Origin: an uncultured Patescibacteria group bacterium
GTDB taxonomy: Bacteria > Patescibacteriota > Microgenomatia > UBA1400 > PJMF01
Direction: 5' to 3'
NCBI GenBank assembly: GCA_905478415.1
Contig: CAJQIG010000001.1
Span: 150,098 to 214,097, forward strand
Length of the DNA stretch: 64,000 nucleotides
Below the pieces are notes generated by a model that ran no database searches, was not told where the DNA came from, and saw nothing but the letters and a program-made list of their open reading frames with translations. Shown here piece after piece: positions 8,535 through 18,768 of this stretch. The first letter of the stretch is position 1. Each line of letters opens with the position of its first letter. Position numbers and translations under genes: made by a program.

Positions 8535-9459
8535 CCGAATGTTCTTTCCAGTACTGAGTAAAATACTGAACGGTTTCTGTAATACCTTCTTCTAAGCTCA
8601 CCTGTGCTCGCCAACCTAACTGCTTGTGAGCTTTGCCTGCATTTGCATAGAGCATTAATGGATCTCCTGGACGTTCTGGCAAGTGTTTGATTTGAGCCTT
8701 TTTTTGCATGGCTGATTCAATTGCAGCTGCAATTTCCAACACAGTAGATGGTTTTTCGGTGCTCAAATTAAAGTAGTGGTAGGCACCTGGATTTTGCAGA
8801 GCATAGTCAAGAGCTTTGAGGTGTGCATCGACAATGTCAGTCACATGAATATAATCTCGCTGGTGTTCTCCACTGCCATAGACGGTTACCTCTTGGTCGG
8901 TATAGATTTGTTTAATAAACCTTGGCATGGCATGTGATTCTGGCTCGTGGTGTTCCTTTGGACCATACAAATTAAAGTACCGAAGCGCCACTGCGGTAAA
9001 ACCATGAGCTTGTACATAACTAGAGATCAATCCTTCCATGGCAAGTTTTGTCATACCGTAGGGGTTAATAGGAATAGTTCGATCGTCCTCAGTAATAGGA
9101 ATAGTTTGAGGTTCCCCATACACAGCTGCTGATGATGAAAAAAGAAGTATTGTAATGTTATTTTCTCGCATCGCTTCTAGGACTGCAACAGTTCCAGAAA
9201 TATTAGTATCAACAAAAGTTTGAGGAAACTTGACTGATTCACCAGCTTCAATTAAGCCAGCTAAATGTAAGACGGCATCTGCATCCTTGATGACTTCTTT
9301 CATTCTCTGTGCATCTCGAATATCAGCTAAGATAGTTTCAACTTCAACATGCTTGGCTGGACGAATATCAACGTTTAAGACCGTATGACCAGCAGATTCG
9401 AGTGCTGGAATCATGTGACTACCCAAGAATCCCGAACCTCCTGTAACAATTATTTTCAT
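8518..9459 (-). CDS. galE: UDP-glucose 4-epimerase (GalE-like NAD-dependent epimerase)
   Basis: TGGSGFLG, SSSAAVYG, PYGMTK, LRYFN, RDYIHVTD, RPGDP motifs. Start at ATG 9459. Confidence 0.75.
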   Translation of the reverse strand: MKIIVTGGSGFLGSHMIPALESAGHTVLNVDIRPAKHVEVETILADIRDAQRMKEVIKDADAVLHLAGLIEAGESVKFPQTFVDTNISGTVAVLEAMRENNITILLFSSSAAVYGEPQTIPITEDDRTIPINPYGMTKLAMEGLISSYVQAHGFTAVALRYFNLYGPKEHHEPESHAMPRFIKQIYTDQEVTVYGSGEHQRDYIHVTDIVDAHLKALDYALQNPGAYHYFNLSTEKPSTVLEIAAAIESAMQKKAQIKHLPERPGDPLMLYANAGKAHKQLGWRAQVSLEEGITETVQYFTQYWKEHSDENQD

Positions 9460-9473
9460 ATCTTTCCTTTCGA

Positions 9474-10691
9474 TTATGCAACCCAATAGCCTTGTATAAA
9501 GAGAACTGTGTTTAATACTAACAAAATTCCGCTAAAAATAAACCAAGTGTATCTAAAGAGTCTATTTTTTTCTGTCCAGTCAGCTAGAACTATAAAAAGT
9601 GGAAAACAAACCAAGATGTATCTTGGCAAACTCGAGAAAGTACCAGTCAAGGTTGGAGCAATAAAGACTAAGAGAGAAAAAATAACGTAACTTAACCTGA
9701 CTTTTGTTGCTGAATATACAAGTAAACCCAATCCTACTGTACCAGCAATAAAATCTTGCAGATACGAATAATACTTGAAATCAAAAGGACGAGCAGTCAC
9801 CAAAATTTTTAAATAACGATATAAAACTTGAGGATACGTTACCACTACTTCCTCTCTAATACCTCCAAACTCCGCTTGAACATGAAAAAAATAGAGGGGA
9901 TCACCAAATTCAGTAGCCAGGTAGTACATATACGTTAAGAGACCTAATGATCCAAGTGCTACGGTTGCTAATGGAAGAGCGTGTTTAGAAATACGTTTTT
10001 GTGCCCATAGGACAAAATAATTTTTTTTCTTAAGTACTAAGTGTTGCATTTTATTCCAAGTATATCCTTCAAAAAGGATCTCAAAAAAAAGTGCTGGGAT
10101 TAAAAAGATACCGACAATTCTAGTAGCACTCGCTAAGGCTACAAAGAGCGCTGTCAGCATGTACTTCTTTTTTTGAGTTGCGATAAATGAAAGTATGACC
10201 ATCAAGAGAAAAAACGATTCTGTGTAAGCGGCACCGAAAAATAAGGAGGTGGGAAAAACTAGCAGGATTATGGTTGCTATGAAAGCTCTCTTCTTAGAGA
10301 AAGATTCTTTTACAAAATAGTACCAAGTAATAAGTAAGGCTGCAAAGGAAAGGTTGGAGAGTGCTAAGTTCGCCAATAAAATATTATCGATACTCTTATT
10401 GAGTAACGATGAAAAATAGGGATAAATAGGAAAGAAGGCTTGCATGTAACTTGCTGAACCATAGCCATCTCTAGTAATTGTAATGTAGTGGACACCATCA
10501 AAGTTTGCCCATGAATACAACCATTGTGGGAGTCCAAATGTATCAAGCAAACCAATAGAGTAAGGAAACGAAGGATCATAGGCCAAAAAAGTATTTGCAA
10601 AATACCCAACAAGAAAAAGTATGCTTCGCCACACCAAGAATATGCCCATAAGTGGGAAAATAAAATGAATCTTTTTACGTACTGCTACCAT
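9474..10691 (-). CDS. GT-C mannosyltransferase-like membrane protein (PIG-V-like)
   Basis: WANFDGVHY, AFFPIYP, AYTESFFL, SLPRY motifs; polytopic. Confidence 0.8.
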   Translation of the reverse strand: MVAVRKKIHFIFPLMGIFLVWRSILFLVGYFANTFLAYDPSFPYSIGLLDTFGLPQWLYSWANFDGVHYITITRDGYGSASYMQAFFPIYPYFSSLLNKSIDNILLANLALSNLSFAALLITWYYFVKESFSKKRAFIATIILLVFPTSLFFGAAYTESFFLLMVILSFIATQKKKYMLTALFVALASATRIVGIFLIPALFFEILFEGYTWNKMQHLVLKKKNYFVLWAQKRISKHALPLATVALGSLGLLTYMYYLATEFGDPLYFFHVQAEFGGIREEVVVTYPQVLYRYLKILVTARPFDFKYYSYLQDFIAGTVGLGLLVYSATKVRLSYVIFSLLVFIAPTLTGTFSSLPRYILVCFPLFIVLADWTEKNRLFRYTWFIFSGILLVLNTVLFIQGYWVA

Positions 10692-11739
10692 TTTTAAGAA
10701 TACTTTTATACACTGCTACCGTTTCATTGGCCACTTTTTCCCAGCTAAATGTTTGTGACCATTTATATGCTTCTCGGAGCCAAGTGATCCGCTTTGTTTT
10801 TGACCATGATAGTACTTGGTTTACAGCTTGAGCCATTTTTTCTGCTTGTGGCTCTGTAAAGATGACCTGCTCACCTCCGACTTCAATCAGAGAGGAGTTA
10901 TGACTACACACAACTGGAGTTCTACACTGCATAGCTTCTAACACAGGTAATCCAAAACCTTCATAGAGGGAAGGTTGTACATATGCTTGGGCACCACTAT
11001 AGATAGCAGCGAGTTCATCGATTGATTCAGTCAAGATTGATGGCAAAAATATAACCCGATCTTCGACATTGCTGAGTGCTAACTGTGTCTCAATCCATTG
11101 CCATTCCGGTATATCCTGAGGAGTAAAGTTCCGACCTAAGCAAACAAGTTTAACTTCAGGGTCCTCAATAAACTTCATCATTTTTATGAGTTGAGGAATA
11201 TTTTTATTATAGTTAATATCTCCGACGTAGAGCAGATATTTAGCTGGTAGTGCATTTTTCTTAGCTACTGTGGTAATCATTTCATCATTTTGAGCTTGCA
11301 GGTTTGGATTAGCAGCCAAGTACACAACATGAACCTTTTCTGTATGCACACCTAAATGTTTTACTATGTCTGCTTTTGAAGCCTGTGAATCCGTAATAAT
11401 GGCTGCTACATTTTTGAGAGCCATTTTTTGTTTGTGAAATCTGAGTTTTCCTTTTATACCTGGTTTGTATTGCTTCGGAAAAACAAGGGGAATCACATCA
11501 TGAATGGCAACGACTTTATTTTTTGATCCAGTCAAAGGTAAGGTGTTAAAAAAGAGGTCAAAAAATGGGTAGTGCACAACATCAGCTTTAATTTTTTCAT
11601 TTTTACCTAAAGTGCTTGTTTTATACACCTCAACATCATCTCTTTTTTCTAGTTCAGAGAGTAACATTCGAGCATAGGTACCAATACCTCTGGCCGAGTG
11701 ACCACCACTTAAAACGCTGGTTTCAAAGAGTAATTTCAT
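10675..11739 (-). CDS. GT4 glycosyltransferase (MtfB/WbdA-like)
   Basis: GIGTYA, IHDVIP, YVG..KNI, PSLYEGFGLPVLEAM motifs. Confidence 0.9.
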   Translation of the reverse strand: MKLLFETSVLSGGHSARGIGTYARMLLSELEKRDDVEVYKTSTLGKNEKIKADVVHYPFFDLFFNTLPLTGSKNKVVAIHDVIPLVFPKQYKPGIKGKLRFHKQKMALKNVAAIITDSQASKADIVKHLGVHTEKVHVVYLAANPNLQAQNDEMITTVAKKNALPAKYLLYVGDINYNKNIPQLIKMMKFIEDPEVKLVCLGRNFTPQDIPEWQWIETQLALSNVEDRVIFLPSILTESIDELAAIYSGAQAYVQPSLYEGFGLPVLEAMQCRTPVVCSHNSSLIEVGGEQVIFTEPQAEKMAQAVNQVLSWSKTKRITWLREAYKWSQTFSWEKVANETVAVYKSILKNGSST

Positions 11740-12548
11740 GAACTGTCTCTTTTCTTATGTTCTCTCAACTCCCAGAGGAGTAGGTATGCTACCTGATGGT
11801 GCAATCCACTCATAAGCGCAAAAACAAATCCTGGAATTCCATCAACATACCCTCTGTGTCTGATAAATAATTGTACAAAAGTGTAGATGGGTTTATAGAT
11901 GACGTAGTTGAGTGTGTTTAAAATAGAAATTTGCAGGTTATCTTTTTCGAGCTGTTGCGCTTTAAAGTTTGTATAGGTGCTGAATTTTCGTAAATAATCT
12001 GAGAAAGTTGGATTTGCATAGTGTATCAAGTGCCCTTTGGCCCAACCAATCTCTCCTTTCACTTCCATTTGTTCATGGACATCTTTTTGTGGAAGTTTTG
12101 CATAACCATGTATGTACAGTCTAATAACTGGATCTGGATATTGACCTCCCTTTTTAAAGTAGTGACCTAAAAAGAAATTCTTTCGTTTTAGCCACCAAGC
12201 TACTGGAGAACCAGAATAAGTACTGCCAACTGTGAACCCAGACCGGACTACTTCTGTATGTAGTGATGTAATCCATTTCTTTTGTTCTTTGTCTGGCCAC
12301 TCGTCAGCATCTAATTGGAGTACCAGTTCTCCTTTGGCAGCATCCATAGCCATCTGTTTATTTATATGGAAATTTGCTTTATTAGTAGTGGAAATAATTT
12401 TGGCGCCATTTTTTTTCGCAATTTCAACTGTTTTATCTGTCGATGAACCATCTACAACAACAATTTCGTCAGCAATATCTGCAATAGATTGCAGACACTT
12501 TGCAATATTCTTTTCTTCGTTATAGGTAGCCAAGACGACTGATAACAT
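11736..12548 (-). CDS. GT2 glycosyltransferase (WaaE/KdtX-like)
   Basis: TYNEE, DGSSTD, LDADE, YPDPVIRL, VHE motifs. Confidence 0.88.
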   Translation of the reverse strand: MLSVVLATYNEEKNIAKCLQSIADIADEIVVVDGSSTDKTVEIAKKNGAKIISTTNKANFHINKQMAMDAAKGELVLQLDADEWPDKEQKKWITSLHTEVVRSGFTVGSTYSGSPVAWWLKRKNFFLGHYFKKGGQYPDPVIRLYIHGYAKLPQKDVHEQMEVKGEIGWAKGHLIHYANPTFSDYLRKFSTYTNFKAQQLEKDNLQISILNTLNYVIYKPIYTFVQLFIRHRGYVDGIPGFVFALMSGLHHQVAYLLLWELREHKKRDSS

Positions 12549-12611
12549 AGGGACATTGTATCAAAAGAAGTAGATTTGTTTTTTAGCACTTTTTAGGATA
12601 GATTGAACCAT

Positions 12612-14495
12612 ATGAAGAAATTACTCATTTTCGCTACTTTTGTTTATTTTCTACTCGCACCGATTACCTACCATCCCGACAATAAACTAGTGCTGAACTG
12701 GGCAAGTATCAACAACGGTACTAACTGGAATATCTGGAATGCAACCGCCGATGAACTCAAAGACGTAGGGCAATTCAACTATCCTCCAGTGCATTTTTAT
12801 TTAGACAAACTGCAGTACTTTATTACGAAACCTATTGGTGGCTCTGGATTTTACGAGTGGCTTTCGACCCCTAACTCTACCGACCAAAATCAGGACAGCC
12901 TTCCTCGATTTACTTTTGCGATCAAGTTCCCTCTCATGCTTTTTTCACTTTTAGCAGGGTACCTTTTATACTTACTTGCTAAGCAATCGAAAGCTACTGA
13001 GAAGCAAGCAATTTTTGTAAGTGCCTTATGGCTTCTCAACCCGATCACTTTGTATAGTATCCCTGTCATGGGACAAAATGACGTTATGGCTATCGTCTTC
13101 TTTTTGGCTGCTTGGCTCTTTTTAAATAAGAAAAAATTATTTTACTCAGCGCTCTTATTTGGTTTGGGAGCATCAATCAAAATGTTTCCATTGCTGTGGC
13201 TCCCCTTTTTACTTCTTGTCGAGAAACGTCTTTCCTTAAAAGAAAAACTAGTAACTTTTGGAAGTAGTGTGCTGGTCTACATCGCGACATTGCTCCCATT
13301 TATTTCTAACCCTGCATTTAGAGCTGCTGTGTTTGAACGAGGCATAGATCGACTTTTTATTGCTAGAATTGACTTGGGTTTCGAAGATAAAATTTTGATT
13401 GTACCAATCCTACTCATGCTTTTAGTTGCGGGAGCAGTTCATAAATATAAAACTATAGAGACAAAAAAAGTAATGATTCATCAAGCCAGTATTTTACTGC
13501 TGTTGAACATGATCTTTCTTTTCTTCAATCACTTTCATCCTCAATGGTTTACTTGGCTACTTCCTTTCTGGGCACTTTGGTTTCTTAACCAGAAAAAAGA
13601 AAATCTTGTTTGGGTCCTCCTTACAAACGGGATTGTTTTAGGAGCATGGGCACTTATCATTTTGCTCTTTAATGACACTGCACTTACGGCGGGACTCTTG
13701 ACTCCGTTAAATGCATTCTTAATGACGCTTCCTTCAATGAGAGAACTACTACTGAGTCAGGGTGTTGATGTTAAAACGTTCAATAATTATGGGCATACTT
13801 TGTTAGCGGGTATGGGAATACTTTACTTTTCATATTGGTTCAAGAGTCAAGAGGTTTCCCTCCGTCATTCTATAGGTGAGTTTAGGTACTTTTGGAAAAA
13901 AATACCCAAGTTAGTTCTCTATATATCAATTTTAGCAATTTCTTTTACTAGCATTCTTATGTTGACGTTTATTGCCAATGCAATTCCTACGCCTATTGCC
14001 AGTAACAATCCAGTAGTCGTTGATTATGAGCCTTTTGTTTCCACCATAGAACAAACATTTATTGGACAAACCAACGGTTTATACCGAATTGATTTATATT
14101 TGTCAGACATTGACCTACAAAATACAGACACATATAGAGTACAAATGATGTCGGAGGATGGAACGCTGGTTCTAGACCAAGTCTTTTCTGGTATCAATAT
14201 TGGATATAAATCTGAAATCCGTTTTGATCTAAGATCTCAAGGAAATTCAATGAACCAACCCTACACCATTAAGCTGATTCCCCTTGAAATAACAGAAGAA
14301 GACCCATTGGAGATAGCATTAACAGAATCTGACAGACTTGAATCATTTGCCTTTCGAAGTTTCTATAAAAAGCCCCGTGGGAACAAGTATCTGGGGTATG
14401 TGCTGACAGAAACACTCCAACAGGATTTCAACATACTCAAGCAGGTTCCCATTGTCATTATCGCTCTTCCTATTTTACTCTGGTTGGCACTCTAA
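12612..14495 (+). CDS. GT-C-type polytopic glycosyltransferase (GT87-like) with C-terminal soluble domain
   Basis: NYPP, LLNP, GQND, IKMFP, HPQW motifs; many TM helices. Confidence 0.7.
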   Translation: MKKLLIFATFVYFLLAPITYHPDNKLVLNWASINNGTNWNIWNATADELKDVGQFNYPPVHFYLDKLQYFITKPIGGSGFYEWLSTPNSTDQNQDSLPRFTFAIKFPLMLFSLLAGYLLYLLAKQSKATEKQAIFVSALWLLNPITLYSIPVMGQNDVMAIVFFLAAWLFLNKKKLFYSALLFGLGASIKMFPLLWLPFLLLVEKRLSLKEKLVTFGSSVLVYIATLLPFISNPAFRAAVFERGIDRLFIARIDLGFEDKILIVPILLMLLVAGAVHKYKTIETKKVMIHQASILLLLNMIFLFFNHFHPQWFTWLLPFWALWFLNQKKENLVWVLLTNGIVLGAWALIILLFNDTALTAGLLTPLNAFLMTLPSMRELLLSQGVDVKTFNNYGHTLLAGMGILYFSYWFKSQEVSLRHSIGEFRYFWKKIPKLVLYISILAISFTSILMLTFIANAIPTPIASNNPVVVDYEPFVSTIEQTFIGQTNGLYRIDLYLSDIDLQNTDTYRVQMMSEDGTLVLDQVFSGINIGYKSEIRFDLRSQGNSMNQPYTIKLIPLEITEEDPLEIALTESDRLESFAFRSFYKKPRGNKYLGYVLTETLQQDFNILKQVPIVIIALPILLWLAL

Positions 14496-14514
14496 AGAAT
14501 CTGTATACTTGGAG

Positions 14515-16224
14515 ATGATGAAAAAAATTGTTACACAGAAGTTTTTTATTTATCTAGGTTTGGTCCTAGCTCTGGCAATTATTTTGAGATTTCCTTTTTT
14601 AAATACCTTTCCACCGAGCATGGTTCAAGATGAAGTTGGCTTGGGATACACAGCAATTAGTATTGCTGAAACGGGTAAGGATGAGTGGGGAAACTCATTT
14701 CCACTTGTTTTTAAATCCTTCGGAGACTATAAACCACCTGCCTTTTTTTATGCTACTGCCCTTCTTTATAAGATTGTAGGCTGGCAAGAAGTATTGCCAA
14801 GAATAACTTCTGCTTTGGCAGGCCTTTTTGTTGTTCTCTTTGGAGCACTTTGGATCCGAAAAATAGGTAAGTCAGACCATCTTGGTTTAATTGGGGGGCT
14901 CATCCTAGCAGTCAGTCCATGGACAGTACATCTGAGCAGAATGGCTTTAGAGTCAAACCTCGGTTTAGCATTCTTTTTTGGAGGGTTGTTTTATTTGAGT
15001 GATGCTAAGAAATCAAAGTTAAAGGTAGTGCTTTCAGCGTTATTTTTCAGCCTCAGTACTTACAGTTACCATGGATTTAGATTCACGGTAGTTCTATTTT
15101 TAGGGTCTGTTCTGGCAGTCACCGTGATTGCTCACTTGAAGCATATTCGTGCCCACTTTGCTGAAATAAGAACACTGAGTATCGTATTGCTTCTTTCAAC
15201 TATTTTATCTTTGCCAGGATTTTTTATTGGGGGCGCAACCAACAGATTAGATCAGACACTCACGTTGACTTCAGAAAAAACACTGTATTTGTATAATCAT
15301 TATGAAAACAACTGTCATGTCACTTTCATAGAAATCCATCCTCAGTTAACGAAACTCTGCAAACTAAAATATAATCGCTTTACCAAACCGTTGCTGATTG
15401 GAACTGATAGTTTTGTTAAGCACTTATCTCCAGCCTTCCTTTTCTTTGTTGGTGATTCTGATGTAGGTAGAAATCCAACTGAAGCTGGAGAGTTTTTTGT
15501 TATTCTCTTTCCAATTTGGATGATCGGAATCTTACTTCTCATTAAGAACTATCGTCAGCAACTGTTATTAGTGGTCGGATACTTCATTGCTATTCTGCCT
15601 TCAACATTTGCGGGAGATCCTCATGCCATTAGAATGTCTGCGCAGATTCCCTTTGTAGTGGCAGTGCTAGTACTTGGGTATGATTATCTGAGAAAAAAGT
15701 ATAGTAATTTTTCTAAGATAGCTATCATCACCTTACTTTTCTTTACAGGGGCATATGCGCTGATGTATGGCGTAACCACCTATGCGACTCATGAAGGGAC
15801 TGCTACATTTTTATCCTATGCAAAAAAGATTGCAGTACTTTCACACCAATACGCCCAAGATGGGTTTGTAGTGTATGCTGACCACGACCTTTACCCAGAA
15901 CCACATATGTACTATGCATACTATAATCACATAGATCCAGTGCTCACCCAGCAATCATTTGCGAACATCTATGAAGAAAGTACTGGGTTTACTCGACCAA
16001 CTCAATTTGGAAATCGAGTTTTTTTTGAAGAAGGAAATAGTAAGTCCTTAACCTGTGATAGTGAGTATACGCAACCAACAGTATTTATTACGAATGACCC
16101 TCAAAAATTCACTCCTACTAAAACCATTCAAGACAATACAAACACGTATGATTTTGCATACGTGTATACTATAGAAGCAATGAGAAGTGAAAAAACGAAA
16201 CTACTGAGTTTTTGTAATAGTTAG
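14515..16224 (+). CDS. ArnT/PMT-like GT-C glycosyltransferase
   Basis: QDE after TM1, GKDEWG, FGDYKPP, SPW...SR motifs. Start at ATG 14515, just after TATACT. Confidence 0.82.
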   Translation: MMKKIVTQKFFIYLGLVLALAIILRFPFLNTFPPSMVQDEVGLGYTAISIAETGKDEWGNSFPLVFKSFGDYKPPAFFYATALLYKIVGWQEVLPRITSALAGLFVVLFGALWIRKIGKSDHLGLIGGLILAVSPWTVHLSRMALESNLGLAFFFGGLFYLSDAKKSKLKVVLSALFFSLSTYSYHGFRFTVVLFLGSVLAVTVIAHLKHIRAHFAEIRTLSIVLLLSTILSLPGFFIGGATNRLDQTLTLTSEKTLYLYNHYENNCHVTFIEIHPQLTKLCKLKYNRFTKPLLIGTDSFVKHLSPAFLFFVGDSDVGRNPTEAGEFFVILFPIWMIGILLLIKNYRQQLLLVVGYFIAILPSTFAGDPHAIRMSAQIPFVVAVLVLGYDYLRKKYSNFSKIAIITLLFFTGAYALMYGVTTYATHEGTATFLSYAKKIAVLSHQYAQDGFVVYADHDLYPEPHMYYAYYNHIDPVLTQQSFANIYEESTGFTRPTQFGNRVFFEEGNSKSLTCDSEYTQPTVFITNDPQKFTPTKTIQDNTNTYDFAYVYTIEAMRSEKTKLLSFCNS

Positions 16225-16237
16225 GTCAGTGATTCTT

Positions 16238-17137
16238 ATGAAAATCAAAAGAATTCTTTTATTGGTTGAAAACTATCTACTACCTATTTTTTTATTATTT
16301 GCTATTACAATAATTTGTCTTGAATTTTTGACTCATACCAACTTCATTTTGGAAACTCTACATATAGATTACGTTGATACATTTATCATAGCTAGTTTTT
16401 TATACTTAGTGAGTAAGATTAGGAACGGGACGGCTTTTTTCAGAAAGCATTGGCAAACTGCAATCTTCTTGCTACCTCTCTTTCTAACAGCGATATTCAT
16501 GATCGTTTTTATGAGGCATCACTCTTTCTACCTTTTTATTGAAAAAGAAGACTCGCTGATTGAATGGGGTCAGTTTCTTTTTATTGCTCTGAGTAGTATT
16601 TTTAGTTTCTTACTGTATCGCAAATGGTATCAAAAACATACAATTCTTGGTATTTTGTTTTTCCTTGCTGCCATTGGTTTCTTTGTGATTGCTGGAGAAG
16701 AAATTTCTTGGGGACAACGAATTTTTAACATTCAGACTCCCGAAGAGTTTGCAAAGATGAATTCTCAAGGTGAAATAACCCTGCACAACTATGGCCCAGT
16801 GTTTGGCTATGTGTACCGAGCCTATGCCCTACTAGGATTCATTGGTGCTGCAGCCTGGACAGTAAAGAGAGCCATCACCAAACAGTTAGCAACTGAGTAT
16901 AAGAAAATTACCGAAGTTTTAATTCCGAGTTGGTACTTTTTTTTCTACTTCTTTACGACTTTTGCGTATAATCTCTATTTCCATATTTTATTCCCAAGAA
17001 CTGGGGGAAATACTGGCGATGATCTCTTTGAAGAACCGATCGAACTACTCCTTTTCTTTGGCGTAGCTCTCTTCCTTTTTACTCTACTACTTTCTGTCTA
17101 CTCAAAATCTAAGCAGCGAAAGCAACGAGCAAAATGA
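16238..17137 (+). CDS. Polytopic membrane protein of unknown function (EDSLIEW / GEEISWGQR motifs)
   Basis: Multiple TM helices; E/H-rich motifs EEISW, E.TLHN and EEPIE. Confidence 0.75.
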   Translation: MKIKRILLLVENYLLPIFLLFAITIICLEFLTHTNFILETLHIDYVDTFIIASFLYLVSKIRNGTAFFRKHWQTAIFLLPLFLTAIFMIVFMRHHSFYLFIEKEDSLIEWGQFLFIALSSIFSFLLYRKWYQKHTILGILFFLAAIGFFVIAGEEISWGQRIFNIQTPEEFAKMNSQGEITLHNYGPVFGYVYRAYALLGFIGAAAWTVKRAITKQLATEYKKITEVLIPSWYFFFYFFTTFAYNLYFHILFPRTGGNTGDDLFEEPIELLLFFGVALFLFTLLLSVYSKSKQRKQRAK

Positions 17138-18768
17138 CTACTTATTTAAAAAAACACAGCACCGTTATTACTCTGCTTTTAATTTTAGTTCTTGCAACTT
17201 TTCTTCGAGTAGTCAAACTAGATACAACGCCAAGTGGTTTTCATGCAGACGAGGCATCCTTTTACGTCAATGCCGTCGCGCTTTCTGAAACTGGGGCTGA
17301 TGAAGATAATGTCAGGTTGCCAATATCCCTGTCATCCCTTATAGACCCAAAGCCCGCCTTGTATTCATATTTTCAAATTCCCTTTATAACAACACTAGAA
17401 AATCAGGTGCTAGCTTCTCGTTTGCCTGCTGCTCTGATGGGAATAGCTTCATTAGTTGTTATATATCTACTACTCTTACAGATTATCAGTACAAATGTTG
17501 CACTTTTAATGACTCTTATTTTGAGTATTTCTCCTTGGCATATTGTCGTTAGCAGAGGCACTCAGGAGGTAATTGCTTCTTTCTTTTTTATGACTCTAAG
17601 TTTGTTGTGTCTGTTGCTGTATCAAAAAAAAACCAGCTACAAAAAAGTGATTGCTTTTTCTGTTTCTGCTTTTTTAAGTATGTATTTTTATCATTCGGCT
17701 AAAGTATTGTTGCCATTACTAGTCTTTGGACTAAGTATGTACTCTTATAAAAAATCAAAAGACTCAATAAAGATCTTCATTACAGTGTTGGGCATTACTT
17801 TCCTCGCTGCTCTATTTTCAGTACTGGTTCAAGAAAGTACCTCTAGAATTGCAGCCGTAGGTATTCTTACAGATGAAGCTCCAATGCATAGATTAGTAGA
17901 AAAAATATATACACTACATGGCGAACTACCTGTGCCAGTGGTACGAATCTTTTATAACAAAATCGGTGCATATCTTGGAGCTATAGCTGAAGAGTATGTA
18001 GCTTATTTTTCACCTGAGTTCTTATTTCTAGAAGGTGGAAAACCATTTAGATATACTGTTCCGGGTCATGGATTACTCTATCTAATTGAAATTCCACTTC
18101 TCCTGTTAGGTTTGTTTTCGGCGATCAGATCTAAAAAGAAAGCCACCTACTTATTTTTAGGATTGTTACTGTTAGCACCTATTCCAGCAGCTTTAACAAC
18201 TCAAGAGACACCCAGTATGATTCGCTCTTTCCCTATGGTGATAGCGCTTGCTTATTTTATTGCGGTGGGAATTTCCAGTATTTATTCTGCTAGATTTCAG
18301 TATGTAAGACACCTCACTCTTCTTAGTATTATTCTTGTGTACTGTTGGCAAATTGGGTACTTTGCTCTGCAATATGATGTTCAGGCTTATTATGACACTC
18401 CTTGGTATCGAAACAGCCCGTACTCCGACATTGCAAAGGAAGTCGCTGCAAGTTCTGATAACTATCGAGAAATTAGAGTCACCAATGACCTTCGCCCTCT
18501 CTATGCCTACTTTGCAATTGAAAACTTGTTTGATGTAGCAGAGCTGCAAACACAGCCTCATGCGCGCGACAATGCAGAGTATCGTTTGGGTAAGTTTGTT
18601 TTTAACCGTGGTGTTTGTGATCTGGGAAGCCGAGAGCAAGGTGTTCTCTATATCGCTGAGACTCAGTGCAGAGAAAGAATAGAAGATGCATCATCTTTTA
18701 AAGTAGTAAAAACAATTTCGTATCAGGATGGAACTCCGGTCTATGAACTTCTTGAAATTACAGAGTAA
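17134..18768 (+). CDS. ArnT/PMT-like GT-C glycosyltransferase
   Basis: HADE after TM1, SPWH..SR, FSPEFLF..G motifs. Confidence 0.82.
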   Translation: MTTYLKKHSTVITLLLILVLATFLRVVKLDTTPSGFHADEASFYVNAVALSETGADEDNVRLPISLSSLIDPKPALYSYFQIPFITTLENQVLASRLPAALMGIASLVVIYLLLLQIISTNVALLMTLILSISPWHIVVSRGTQEVIASFFFMTLSLLCLLLYQKKTSYKKVIAFSVSAFLSMYFYHSAKVLLPLLVFGLSMYSYKKSKDSIKIFITVLGITFLAALFSVLVQESTSRIAAVGILTDEAPMHRLVEKIYTLHGELPVPVVRIFYNKIGAYLGAIAEEYVAYFSPEFLFLEGGKPFRYTVPGHGLLYLIEIPLLLLGLFSAIRSKKKATYLFLGLLLLAPIPAALTTQETPSMIRSFPMVIALAYFIAVGISSIYSARFQYVRHLTLLSIILVYCWQIGYFALQYDVQAYYDTPWYRNSPYSDIAKEVAASSDNYREIRVTNDLRPLYAYFAIENLFDVAELQTQPHARDNAEYRLGKFVFNRGVCDLGSREQGVLYIAETQCRERIEDASSFKVVKTISYQDGTPVYELLEITE

